This document shows positions 9,630 to 19,435 of a stretch of 64,000 bases of DNA, piece by piece. The notes under the pieces were generated by a model, which saw nothing but the letters and a program-made list of their open reading frames with translations, was not told where the DNA came from and did no database searches. Location: assembly GCA_016192455.1 (NCBI GenBank), contig JACPUC010000021.1, positions 1-64,000 of the forward strand. Reading direction: 5' to 3'. Each line of letters begins with the position of its first letter. The first letter of the stretch is position 1. The DNA is from Candidatus Tectimicrobiota bacterium (lineage in GTDB: Bacteria > JACPUC01). The position numbers and the translations under genes were made by a program.

Positions 9630-10493
9630 GTGCTCCCCGTGCTCCTCGCCTTCGCCTCGACGTTCTTCTTCGCCGGGCAGTCCCTGTGCGGCAAGCAGGG
9701 GCTCGCCGAGGAGAGCACGCCGTTCACCTGCACGGTCGTCAACATCAGCGCCAATGCGGTCTTCCTCTGGATCGCCGCCCTGCTGTGGGAGTCGCCGGAG
9801 CTGCTCAGGACGTCCTACGTCTGGCTGTTCGCCGGGCTCGGCATCCTGGTGCCCGGCCTGGCGCGGCACCTCTTCTTCATCGGCATGCACCATCTTGGGC
9901 CGTCCCGCGCGTCGGTGCTGGGCGGCGTGACTCCGCTGCTCTCCTCGTTTGCCGCCATCGTCTTCTTCGGCGAGCCCTTCCGCTTGCAGACCTCCCTGGG
10001 CACCATCGCCATCGTCGTCGGCATCATCCTGATCAGTTTCGAGCGCGACGCGCGCCTCACCTTCGAGAAACGCCACCTCCTCTTCCCCCTCGGCAGCGCC
10101 GCCTTGTGGGCCGTGCGCGATAACTTCGCGCGCCTGGGCCTGAAGGCCACGCAGAGCCCGTTGACCGCCGCCGCCGTCTCTGTCTCCAGCGCCGCGCTCC
10201 TCTTCCTGGCGCTCTCCCTGTGCTCCTCGCCCTCCACCCGCATCGCCCTGAACCGCCGCAGCTTCGGCTACTTTGCCCTGTCGGGATGGTTTGGCGCCCT
10301 GGCGTACATGCTCACCTACTTCGCCTTCAGCCTCGGCAACGTCATTCGAGCTGGCCCCGCCATCTACTCCACCGGTCTCGCCACGATCCTCCTCAGTCTC
10401 CTCTTCTTGCGCAAGCTCGAGATCATCACGCCGCGCGTCCTTGCCGCCGGGCTCGTCATCCTGGCGGGGGTGGCGCTCATCAGCCTCGATTGA
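9630..10493 (+). CDS. DMT/EamA-family transporter
   Basis: 287 aa with about 10 hydrophobic segments in two repeats; LGPSRAS..TPL..FFGE and LFLRKLE.IT motifs. Confidence 0.85.
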   Translation: MLPVLLAFASTFFFAGQSLCGKQGLAEESTPFTCTVVNISANAVFLWIAALLWESPELLRTSYVWLFAGLGILVPGLARHLFFIGMHHLGPSRASVLGGVTPLLSSFAAIVFFGEPFRLQTSLGTIAIVVGIILISFERDARLTFEKRHLLFPLGSAALWAVRDNFARLGLKATQSPLTAAAVSVSSAALLFLALSLCSSPSTRIALNRRSFGYFALSGWFGALAYMLTYFAFSLGNVIRAGPAIYSTGLATILLSLLFLRKLEIITPRVLAAGLVILAGVALISLD

Positions 10494-10630
10494 GGAGGGT
10501 CGGCGCCGGCGGCGGGCGCGCCACGGCTGTGCGGCGCGCCTCGAAGCTGGGCGGCGGCGCGGCGGGAGGAGTGAGGCGGGGGAGGAGGAGGGCACGGGGC
10601 GATCGCCGCGGGGGGCGGCGGAGCCGCGCT

Positions 10631-11959
10631 TCAGGCCTTCGCCGGCTGGGTGCGGGGAGCCGGCGCCGCCGCCGGCCGCTGCTCCTGGATGGCGTAGGAG
10701 CAGACCGTCGCCGCAAAGGCGAGGAGCGCCGCGAGGAGGAACATGCCGCGGTAGCTGCCGTAGGCCTCGGCCCACCAGCCGGCCAGGGAGATGCTGACGC
10801 CGGCGCCGATCTGGTGGGCCAGGTAGATGAAGCCGGAGATGACGCCGAGGTTGCGCAGGCCGAAGTGGTCGCCGATAAGGCCGTACGTCATGGGGACGGT
10901 GGCCAGCCAGGCGAAGCCGATGAGGAAGGAGAAGACCATGACCGAGGCGAAGCTTGGGGAGAGGACGAGCATCAGGAGCGCCAGGCCGCGGATGAGGTAG
11001 ACCACCGCCAGGGGGACGGACTTGAGGCCCAGGCGATCGGAGAGGCCGCCCATCGTCAAGGTGCCGACGATGTTCATGCCGCCGATCACCGACAGGACGT
11101 AGCCGCCGAGCTCCTTCGAGAAGCCGAGATCGTCGAGGTAGGCGGCGATATGCGCCGACACCATGCCGACGGTCCAGCCGCAGACGAAGAAGCCGCCGCA
11201 GAGGAGCCAGAAGGGGAGGGTGGTGGAAGCCTCCCCCAGGGTGCACTCGCGCGACGGCGGGGTAATGATCGCGGCACGGACGGGAGTGCGGCCCGGCGGC
11301 TCGGAGCGGCTGGGGGGTGCTGCGTCGCGGGGAGACGCGGCGACGGCGCCGTCGGGGAACTGGCCCAGCACCTCGGGACGCTCCCGCACGAAGATGATCA
11401 GGATCGGCACGATGACGAGGAGAACAAGGAGGCCCGAGGCGAACAGGGTCGCGCGCCAGCCGTAGGCGATGAGGGCGAAGGCGAAGAGCGGCGCGACCAG
11501 GAACTGCCCCGCCGAGGCGCCGGCCGTGACGACCGACAGGGCGGTGCCGCGGTAGCGCTTGAACCAGCGCTGCACGAGGGCCGCCGAGGAGCCGATGGCG
11601 GAGCCGGCCACGCCGAGCGGGTAGAGGACGCCGAAGGTGGCGAAGAAGTGCCACGGCGCCTGCGTGAAGCTGATGAGGATGGTGACCACGGCCGTCAGGA
11701 GCGCGCCCGCGGCCATCGTCGGGCGGGCGCCCCAGCGGTCGAGCAGGCGGCCGGTGAACGGCTGGTAGAAGCCGATGAGCAGGTTGCTGAGGGCGAACCC
11801 CTGCGACACGAGGGAGCGGCTCCAGGTGAGCTCCACGCTCATGGGCTTCAGGAAGATGCCGGAGCTGAAGCGCACGCCGAGGATCAGGAGATTCGTGAAG
11901 GCGCAGACGCCGAGGATAATCCAGCCGTAGTAGAGTTTCCGCTGCGCACCCGCATCCAT
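10631..11959 (-). CDS. MFS transporter
   Basis: YYGWII, GRLLDRWGAR, WF.RYRGTAL and GGLSDRLG motifs. Start trimmed to MDAGAQRK. Confidence 0.9.
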   Translation of the reverse strand: MDAGAQRKLYYGWIILGVCAFTNLLILGVRFSSGIFLKPMSVELTWSRSLVSQGFALSNLLIGFYQPFTGRLLDRWGARPTMAAGALLTAVVTILISFTQAPWHFFATFGVLYPLGVAGSAIGSSAALVQRWFKRYRGTALSVVTAGASAGQFLVAPLFAFALIAYGWRATLFASGLLVLLVIVPILIIFVRERPEVLGQFPDGAVAASPRDAAPPSRSEPPGRTPVRAAIITPPSRECTLGEASTTLPFWLLCGGFFVCGWTVGMVSAHIAAYLDDLGFSKELGGYVLSVIGGMNIVGTLTMGGLSDRLGLKSVPLAVVYLIRGLALLMLVLSPSFASVMVFSFLIGFAWLATVPMTYGLIGDHFGLRNLGVISGFIYLAHQIGAGVSISLAGWWAEAYGSYRGMFLLAALLAFAATVCSYAIQEQRPAAAPAPRTQPAKA

Positions 11960-12305
11960 GCCCTTGTGTCTCCCGCAGCCGTCGCGCCGCAACGCCGTCC
12001 CTCCCAGCCTGCTCCATCCTTGGCGCGTCACAGGCGGTGACGCTCCCCGGTTCGCCTCCCGCGGCCGTCGCGTCCTTTGCCTGCGGCGGCGAGCATCGCA
12101 TCTGGACGCGAAGAGAGTCGGCCCTCTCCGGACCAACTCTCTCTCGAACGCCTCCCCCCAGCCGGGCAGGACCGCTCATCCGAGGCCAGCGGCGTTCACG
12201 GCGGGGGAAGACCGACGCCGGCGGGGAGAGGACGCGCGGCACGCCTCGGCTGGCGCCGCCCAGCCGCGAGGCCGGCCCCGTTTGAGTGCGCCGCCGCCGC
12301 CGCGC

Positions 12306-12971
12306 CTACTCGGTAGCCGGCTTCTTCTTCTCGGGCTGCTCAGTCGTTGTCTTTGTCTCCTTCTTGGTCACCTTCTTCTTGCTTGCCGGGGCCTTCGCCG
12401 GGATATTCTTCGGCACGGCGTTCTTCACGGCGGGCACGGTCCGCAGGTAGGCGTACATGGCGCGCAGGTCCTCATCGCGAATGCCGCGATAGGTCTCCCA
12501 CTCCATCTGCGTGTAGGCGTACTTCTTGCCCTGGGGATTGACGCCCTCCTTGAAAGCGCGCAGGAAGTCGGCCTCCGTCCAGGAGCCGATGCCCGTCTCT
12601 GGATCAGGGGTGATGTTCTTGGGATAGGCGCGCATGCCGGCGGGGCCTGGGAAGCCGACGTTCTGCGGCGGCCCTTGACGCCGCTTGACGTTCTTCGCCG
12701 GCACGCCGGAGAACTCCAGCCGGGCGATGCGCTGGCCCTTTGCGCCGATGGGCGAGTGGCATCCGATGCAGTGGGCAACGTTCACGGCCAGGTATTTGCC
12801 GCGCGCCACGAGGTTTTCCTGCGCTTGCGCCCCGCCGCCGCGCGGGGGAAACCCCACGGCAACGGCCAGGCTTACCGCGATGAAGAGGAGGAGGGAGGAG
12901 CGCCGCGGCGCCACGGAGAGGGAGCGACCCGCGGCGACGCGCAAGGTCTGAAACCTGGTGAACAGAGCCAT
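12306..12971 (-). CDS. Exported monoheme c-type cytochrome (CIGCH) with Lys-rich tail
   Basis: Signal peptide, VARGKYL..CIGCH, NITPDPETGIGSWT..DF and DEDLRAMYAYLRT, as in gluconate/alcohol dehydrogenase cytochrome-type domains. Confidence 0.85.
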   Translation of the reverse strand: MALFTRFQTLRVAAGRSLSVAPRRSSLLLFIAVSLAVAVGFPPRGGGAQAQENLVARGKYLAVNVAHCIGCHSPIGAKGQRIARLEFSGVPAKNVKRRQGPPQNVGFPGPAGMRAYPKNITPDPETGIGSWTEADFLRAFKEGVNPQGKKYAYTQMEWETYRGIRDEDLRAMYAYLRTVPAVKNAVPKNIPAKAPASKKKVTKKETKTTTEQPEKKKPATE

Positions 12972-13124
12972 ACGAAACCCTTTCTTTAGCGCAAAATTGC
13001 GAACGCTTGTTCCCTTGGCGAGACCGCGGCGAGGAGGAGGGCGCCGCCACCCCCACAACCAGCGGCGGGAGCTGGGGAAAGGAGCTCGCCGCCGCCCCGC
13101 CCCCGAGAATCGAGGCTGATGCCG

Positions 13125-13634
13125 TTATTTTTTCACGCGCATGGACGCCGGCGCCTTGTTCTTGATTGGGGCAATGGTGCGCAGATAGGCGTAGATCGCC
13201 TTCAAGTCGGCATCCGTCATGCCCTGGTAATCAGGCCAGGCCATGAAGGGATCGACGCGCTTGCCGTCCGGCCGCACGCCGGAGCGCATGAGGCGCATGA
13301 AATCCTGCTCGGTCCACTTCCCCAGCCCTGTCTCCTGATCGGGCGTCAGGTTGGACGCAAAGATGCGCCAGCCGCTGGGCTGCGCCCAGCCGGTGTTCTG
13401 CGGCGGACCTAGGCGGGGAGGCTGTTCCGGCGCGCCGGCGAGGAACTTCTCCTTGATCGGCCGCCCTTGCCGATCCAACTGGGTATGACAGCCGCAGCCA
13501 TTCAACGCCGTGACGATATACCTGCCGCGCTCCACCAGCGCCGCGTCGCTCTGCCCGTAGGCTGGGAGGCCAAACAGGAGCACCATCCCCAGCGCCAGGC
13601 ACGGTAAGAGAATGCCACCCCAACGACCCTTCAT
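13125..13634 (-). CDS. Exported c-type cytochrome paralog with atypical CGCH motif
   Basis: Signal peptide, VERGRYI..NGCGCHT, NLTPDQETGLGKWT, FMAWPDY and DADLKAIYAYLRT. Confidence 0.82.
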   Translation of the reverse strand: MKGRWGGILLPCLALGMVLLFGLPAYGQSDAALVERGRYIVTALNGCGCHTQLDRQGRPIKEKFLAGAPEQPPRLGPPQNTGWAQPSGWRIFASNLTPDQETGLGKWTEQDFMRLMRSGVRPDGKRVDPFMAWPDYQGMTDADLKAIYAYLRTIAPIKNKAPASMRVKK

Positions 13635-14069
13635 GCCGATCTCCTGAAGCAGTGTGCCGGAAAGCGCCGCGCCGGTTCAAGATGCGCCTCGCCCTGCCGG
13701 CATGGTGAGCCGCGCAAGGTCCTGTCTCCCTTCCCTCCCCACGCGTCCCAGGCGTTGGGAGGGGAGCAGCGGCGGGAAAGCCGGGACCCTGCGATCAGCA
13801 TTTCGACACGATGATCCAGATGTCGCCCACCATTTCATGCCTTTCCGGCACTTTCCGTCAAGCGAAAAATTTTGCGCCCGTCCGCCGCCCCGAGGGCAAC
13901 CGGCCGGTGGGAGGCCATCGTCCCGCGGCCCCGAACGGCGCCAGGCAAGCCGCCCGCCCCGCGCCGCCGGTCGTTGACACGCTGCGCTCCTTCCGTTACA
14001 ACCTCCGTGTGGCTCCAGCTTGGCCGGTTTTCCGAAGGCGCCTCTCATGGCGCGGGTGGGTTCTCCCAA

Positions 14070-14150
14070 GAGCTTCAGGCCAGAGTGGTTACAGAGCTTG
14101 ATGCTATGCTTCCGGCGATACTGGACCGGGCATTCAAGAGGGCGTTGTAG
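14070..14150 (+). pseudogene. Remnant of a type I restriction-modification specificity subunit (HsdS) C-terminus
   Basis: ELQARVVTELDAMLPAILDRAFKRAL* resembles the HsdS terminal helix (ELDALLPSILDRAF.GEL). Locally lower GC, with no upstream coding continuation. Confidence 0.6.
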
Positions 14151-14480
14151 TTATGGAACGGCAGCCCCATGGGAGTCAGGTATCGAGCAGGGCCGTGGGG
14201 TCCCCAGTGGACGACAGTGACCTGTGAGATTGGATTATTCGGTCTCTCCGGGCCCAAGGCTTCCGCGTCCGAAAGGGGACCATTTTCCCTCCGCCGGGTG
14301 CGGTGCCGTCTTACTCCTTACCTGTTGCGTGGAAAGCTTGTAGCGATGCTGGCCGAGCTGGGAACGCGCTAGTCAAGGTCTGCCCCTCGCCACCTGCGCG
14401 CAGAGGCGCCGGGGCAGCCGAGGCTCCGCGTGCGACTGCGTGGGAGCGGTCTGACGAGTCCGCCCGTAATGGAGCGAACC

Positions 14481-15332
14481 ATGATCCGCGCCATTGATAT
14501 CCACACCCATACGTCCGACCAGGCGCACAAGGAGTTCCTTGGCGAGTATGGGAGGTTCTACGAGAAGTACTTCGGCCGCCCGCAGCGCATCATCAGCGTG
14601 GATGAGCAGGCGGACATGTACCGTGGGTTGGGGATGATGTTCGTGCTCTTGGCGTTGGACGCCGAGACGAATACCGGCAACCCGCGGATCAGCAACGAGC
14701 AGGTGGCGGAGGCCGCGAAACGCCACGGCGACGTGCTCATCCCCTTCGGCAGCGTTGACCCCTGGAAAGGCAAGTACGCCGTGCGGGAGGTGGAGCGCTG
14801 CGTCAACGAGCTGGGCATGAAGGGGATGAAGTTCCAGCAGATTCTGCAAGGCTTCTTCCCCAACGATCAACGCTTCTACCCCCTGTGGGAGAAGTGCCAG
14901 GAGCTGCAGGTGCCGCTGCTCTTCCACATGGGGACGACCGGCATCGGCGCCGGAGCGCCGGGCGGCATGGGGATCAAGCTCAAGTACGCGCAGCCTATCC
15001 CCTACCTTGATGACGTGGCGGCTGATTTTCCGGAGCTGCGCATCATCGGCGCGCATCCCGCCTGGCCGTGGCAGGAGGAGATGCTTGCCGTCTGCCGGCA
15101 CAAGGCCAACGTCTACCTCGATCTCTCCGGCTGGTCGCCGAAGTACTTCTCCCCCTCCCTCATCCAGTACGCCAATACCTTGTTGCAGGATAAGATCCTC
15201 TTCGGCAGCGATTTCCCGGCCATCAGCCCGGAGCGCTGGCTGCAGGATTTCGAGCAGGCGCCCTTCCGCGACGAGGTGCGGCCGAAGATTCTGCTGGAGA
15301 ACGCCAAGCGCCTCCTGAAGCTGGACGTGTGA
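14481..15332 (+). CDS. Amidohydrolase-2 family protein, similar to CouO-type 4-hydroxyphenyl-beta-ketoacyl-CoA hydrolase
   Basis: IDIHTH, LFHMGTTGIGAGAPGG.GIKLKY, DDVAADFP, AHPAWPW, DLSGWSPKYF and LFGSDFP. RBS ggag precedes the ATG at 14481. Confidence 0.85.
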   Translation: MIRAIDIHTHTSDQAHKEFLGEYGRFYEKYFGRPQRIISVDEQADMYRGLGMMFVLLALDAETNTGNPRISNEQVAEAAKRHGDVLIPFGSVDPWKGKYAVREVERCVNELGMKGMKFQQILQGFFPNDQRFYPLWEKCQELQVPLLFHMGTTGIGAGAPGGMGIKLKYAQPIPYLDDVAADFPELRIIGAHPAWPWQEEMLAVCRHKANVYLDLSGWSPKYFSPSLIQYANTLLQDKILFGSDFPAISPERWLQDFEQAPFRDEVRPKILLENAKRLLKLDV

Positions 15333-15499
15333 GGGGGGCGAGGCAAGCTCCGCGGGCTGGCGGGAGTTCGCCCCGCGCCGGCCCCGCGTCATGGTCATAG
15401 GAAGAGAAGGAGCACCCCTGCCGCGCGTCCTTCAGGTGAGGAGACCGCCCTGGACGGCGGCGTGATTGGACCGTATCCAACGAGAAGGCGGCGCCGCAG

Positions 15500-17563
15500 A
15501 TGTACCGCATGGCTATCGACGTTGGTGGAACGTGCACGGACGGCGTGGTGGTGGACTCGGGGGGCGCCATGCACGTCGTCAAGGTGCCCTCGACCCCGGC
15601 GAACTTCGTGGAGGGCTTCGTCGCCTGCCTGGACCAGGCGGCGGAGGTTCTCCGTCTGAGTCTCGACGAGTTTCTCAGCCGGCTCGAGCTGTTGCTCCAT
15701 GGCACCACCATCACCACGAACGCCTTGCTCACAGGGGCGGTGGCGAAGACCGGCCTGATCACCACGAAGGGCTTCCGCGACATCCTGGAGTTGCGGCGCG
15801 GGGCGCGCTCCACCCTCTACAACTACCGGGTGACGTTCCCACCCATGCTGGCGCCGCGCCACCTGCGCCTCGAGGTGGAGGAGCGCGTGCTGAGCACGGG
15901 CGACATCATGACGCCGCTGCGCGAGGCGGACGTTTACCGGGCGGTGGAGCAGTTCAAGGCGGCCGGCGTGGAGGCCGTCGCGGTGTCGTTTCTCTTCTCC
16001 TTTCGGCATCCGGAGCACGAGCAGCGCGTGGCCAAGATTCTTGCCGCGGAGCTGCCGGAAGCGTATGTATCGATCTCCTCCGAGGTGTTGCCCCGGGTGG
16101 GAGAGTACGAGCGCACCAGCACCACGGTGGTGAACGCCGCGGTCGGCCCGCCGCTGCGGCGCTACCTCGACCACTTGGAGCACCTCCTGCGCCGGCACGG
16201 CTTCAAACGCGAGCCGCTCATCATGCAGTCGAACGGCGGCGTGCTGCCGGCGGGAGCCGCCTGGCGCCACGCCGTTGGCTCGCTCCTCTCGGGACCCTCC
16301 GCGGCCATTCCCGCCGCGCTCCTCTTCGCCGCGACGCTGGGGACGCGCAGCGTCATCTCCGTGGACATGGGAGGCACGAGCTTCGACGTCGCCTTGGTGA
16401 ATAACGGTCACATGCAGACCACGATGGAGAAATCGATCAACCACCAGCGTCTCGCCCTGCCCATGCTGGACATCCACACCATCGGCGCCGGCGGCGGCAG
16501 CATCGCCTGGGTGGATGCCGGCGGGCTGCTGCACGTCGGGCCGCACAGCGCCGGCGCCGATCCAGGCCCGGCGTGCTACGGCCGAGGCGGCGCCGACCCG
16601 ACGGTGACCGACGCCAATCTCGTGCTCGGCTACATCAATCAGGAGCACCTCCTGGGCGGCGCCATCCGCTGCGATCGCGCCGCGGCGGCGCAGGCGATCG
16701 GCGCGAAGGTCGCCGAGCCGCTGGGCATCAGCGTGAGCCAGGCGGCCCATGCCGTCGCTACTGTGGTCAACCACAACATGGCCGATGCCATTCGCCTCGT
16801 TTCGGTGCGGCGCGGCCATAACCCGAAGGAGTTCGTCCTCTGCGTTGCGGGCGGCGCCGGCCCGGCCCACGCCGCCGAGCTTGCCAAGGAGGTCGGGGTG
16901 CCGCGGGTGCTCATCCCCAAAACGGCCGCCGCCTACTCCGCACTCGGCATGCTGCACACCGACCTCATGCGCAGCTACGTCGAGACCTTCTTCACCCGCC
17001 TCGAGAACCTCTCCCTGCCGCGTCTCAATGAGCTCTTCGAGAGGCTGGAGCGGGAGGGGGTGAGAACCTTGCAGGAGGAGGGGACTCCCGACGTCGCCAT
17101 CGAGGTGGTGCGCTCCATGGACATGCGCTACCTGGGCCAGATTCACCAGGTGGAGGTGCCGGCGCCGCCGGGACGCCTCACGCAGGCGGAGGTGCGGCAG
17201 CTCGCCGAGGCCTTCCACCGCAAGCACCACCAAACCTACACCTTCTCCGATGCGCGCTCCGAGATGGAGATCGTCGATTGCCGCGTTCTGGTCATCGGCC
17301 GCCTCGCCAAGCCGCCGCTGCGGCCGGCGCCGCCGGCCGCGGGCCTCGAGGCGGCGCGGAAGCCGGCGCGACCGGCCTACTTCGCCGCCCTGGGCGGCTA
17401 CGTCGAGACCGCCATCTGCGACGGCGCGCTGCTCGGCGCCGGCAGCCTCATCACCGGTCCCGCCATCATCGAGGAGACGGCCATGAGTGTCGTCATCCCG
17501 CCGGACTTCCAGTGCACAGTTGATCGTTACGGCAACTACCTGCTGAGCGAGGTGCAAGCATGA
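15500..17563 (+). CDS. Hydantoinase/oxoprolinase family, subunit A (ATP-binding)
   Basis: IDVGGT.TD, HGTT..TN, EYERTSTTV, MQSNGG, DMGGTSFD, SAGADPGPACYG and PTVTDAN motifs. Confidence 0.95.
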   Translation: MYRMAIDVGGTCTDGVVVDSGGAMHVVKVPSTPANFVEGFVACLDQAAEVLRLSLDEFLSRLELLLHGTTITTNALLTGAVAKTGLITTKGFRDILELRRGARSTLYNYRVTFPPMLAPRHLRLEVEERVLSTGDIMTPLREADVYRAVEQFKAAGVEAVAVSFLFSFRHPEHEQRVAKILAAELPEAYVSISSEVLPRVGEYERTSTTVVNAAVGPPLRRYLDHLEHLLRRHGFKREPLIMQSNGGVLPAGAAWRHAVGSLLSGPSAAIPAALLFAATLGTRSVISVDMGGTSFDVALVNNGHMQTTMEKSINHQRLALPMLDIHTIGAGGGSIAWVDAGGLLHVGPHSAGADPGPACYGRGGADPTVTDANLVLGYINQEHLLGGAIRCDRAAAAQAIGAKVAEPLGISVSQAAHAVATVVNHNMADAIRLVSVRRGHNPKEFVLCVAGGAGPAHAAELAKEVGVPRVLIPKTAAAYSALGMLHTDLMRSYVETFFTRLENLSLPRLNELFERLEREGVRTLQEEGTPDVAIEVVRSMDMRYLGQIHQVEVPAPPGRLTQAEVRQLAEAFHRKHHQTYTFSDARSEMEIVDCRVLVIGRLAKPPLRPAPPAAGLEAARKPARPAYFAALGGYVETAICDGALLGAGSLITGPAIIEETAMSVVIPPDFQCTVDRYGNYLLSEVQA

Positions 17564-19350
17564 CGGGCGAGACCCCGCGCGTCGATCCCTTGAGTGTGGC
17601 GGTGATCCAGAACCGGCTGCTCTCCATCACCGAGGAGATGGGGGTGGTCTTGCTGCGCACCACGCGCTCGCAGATTCTCAACGAATGCCACGACTTCTCC
17701 ACCGCGATCTTCAACCAGCATGGGGAGCTTCTGGCGCAGGCGGAGGATGTGCCGATCCACGTGGCGGGGAACCATTTCATGGCGCGCGCCATCCTGAAGA
17801 GCTTCTCCGCCGAGGAGATCGCCGCGGGCGATATCTACCTGATGAATGACCCTTACTCACATAACGCCGGGGCCCACCTGCAGGACTGGACGTTCTTCCG
17901 GCCCGTCTTCCACGAGGGCAAACCGGTCTTCTGGGTGATGTGCCGGGCGCACCAGATGGACGAGGGGGGCTCCATGCCGATGGGGTTCAACCCGCTCGCC
18001 TACGACATCATCGCCGAGGGGCTGCGCATCCCGCCGATCAAGCTGCACGAAAAGGACCAGCCCATCCGCTCCGTGGTCGATCTCATCCTGCAGAACGTGC
18101 GCTTCCCGGCGGAGCTGAGAGCTGACCTGCTGGCCTTCGCGGGCTGCCTGAAGCTGGGGGAGCAACGCCTCCATGAGGTCATCGAGAAGTACGGCTACCC
18201 GTTGCTGGCGGCCAGTGTTGACGCCGCCATGGAGAGCAGCGAGAAGGCCATGCGGGCCGAGATCGCGCGCATCCCGAACGGCGTCTATGAAGACGAGGTG
18301 TACGCCGACCACGATGGCGCCACCGACCAGACGGTGCGCGTGCGCTGCCGCATCACGGTCGAAGATGAGTCGATGTGCGTCGATTTCACCGGCAGCGAGG
18401 CGCAGCGCCGCTTCATCAACAGCCCGCTCCCCAACACCTACGCCGGCGCCTTCATCGGCATCTTCACCTCGGTGACCCCCGACATCATCCACAACGAGGG
18501 ATGCTACCGGCCGGTGACGATCGTGGCGCCGGAGGGGAGCGTCGTCAATCCCGTCTACCCGGCCACCACCGGCTGCTGCACGCTGGTCCTCGGCTGTCAC
18601 ATCATCGACGTGGTGATGAAGACCTTGGGGCAGGCGATTCCGCGGCAGGTCTCGGCCGGCTGGGCGAGCCACTTCACCATCAACCTCAGCGGCCGCCGAC
18701 CGGAGAGCGGCGAGCTCTACGCCAACGTCAACTTCTGCGGCAACGGCGGCAGCGGCGCCATCTGGGGCTACGACGGCTGGCCGCACATTGCGCCGGTGAA
18801 CTGCAGCGGCGGCATCATCAAGGCAAGCATCGAGATGCTGGAGATGCGCAATCCCTGGCAGGTGCGGGAGTACGCCCTGCGCACCGATTCCGCCGGCGCC
18901 GGCACCTACCGGGGTGGGCTTGGCGTGTCGCTGCGGTTCGTCAACCACGGCTACGACAGCCACTTCATCCTGCTGGGGGACGATCACTCCGCCGCGCCCC
19001 CCTTCGGGCAGGACGGGGGCAAGCCGGCCACGCGCTCGCGCTGCTGGATCGAGCGCGGCGACGAGCGGCTGCCGGTGCGCACCAAGCAGCACTACGTCGT
19101 CCAGCCCGGCGATCACATCGTCACCGAGACCACCGGCGGCGGCGGCGTCGGCGACCCGTTGGCGCGGCCCGCCGCGCTGGTGCGCGAGGATGTCGTCAAT
19201 GGCTACGTGTCGGTGGAGCGGGCGCGGAGCGACTACGGGGTGGCGCTCGATACCGCGACGCTCGCGCTCGATGAGGCCGCGACGGCGCGGCTGCGGGGCC
19301 GGGAGCGGGCGGGGGAGGCGCACGGAAGAGGCGAGGAGAAGAGCGCATGA
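17560..19350 (+). CDS. Hydantoinase B/oxoprolinase family subunit
   Basis: EEM..L.RT..S, DFS, PIH, NDPY..H..D, EGLRIPPIKL, DSAGAG.YRGG and GGGGVGDP. ATGA overlap with subunit A. Confidence 0.95.
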   Translation: MTGETPRVDPLSVAVIQNRLLSITEEMGVVLLRTTRSQILNECHDFSTAIFNQHGELLAQAEDVPIHVAGNHFMARAILKSFSAEEIAAGDIYLMNDPYSHNAGAHLQDWTFFRPVFHEGKPVFWVMCRAHQMDEGGSMPMGFNPLAYDIIAEGLRIPPIKLHEKDQPIRSVVDLILQNVRFPAELRADLLAFAGCLKLGEQRLHEVIEKYGYPLLAASVDAAMESSEKAMRAEIARIPNGVYEDEVYADHDGATDQTVRVRCRITVEDESMCVDFTGSEAQRRFINSPLPNTYAGAFIGIFTSVTPDIIHNEGCYRPVTIVAPEGSVVNPVYPATTGCCTLVLGCHIIDVVMKTLGQAIPRQVSAGWASHFTINLSGRRPESGELYANVNFCGNGGSGAIWGYDGWPHIAPVNCSGGIIKASIEMLEMRNPWQVREYALRTDSAGAGTYRGGLGVSLRFVNHGYDSHFILLGDDHSAAPPFGQDGGKPATRSRCWIERGDERLPVRTKQHYVVQPGDHIVTETTGGGGVGDPLARPAALVREDVVNGYVSVERARSDYGVALDTATLALDEAATARLRGRERAGEAHGRGEEKSA

Positions 19351-19435
19351 GCGGAGCCCGCCCCTCCTGGCCGTCCATGCGGGCCAAGGAGCAGGCCTCC
19401 AGCGGCGCTCGGAGAAGGGAGTTTCCTCACGGTTG

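Noticed and set aside
9378..12242. 954-aa minus-strand ORF and other long Arg/Pro/Ala-rich ORFs (e.g. 4546-6831, 15395-17557, 58768-60837)
   Set aside because: These are shadow frames of real genes in high-GC DNA, with low-complexity composition and no motifs.
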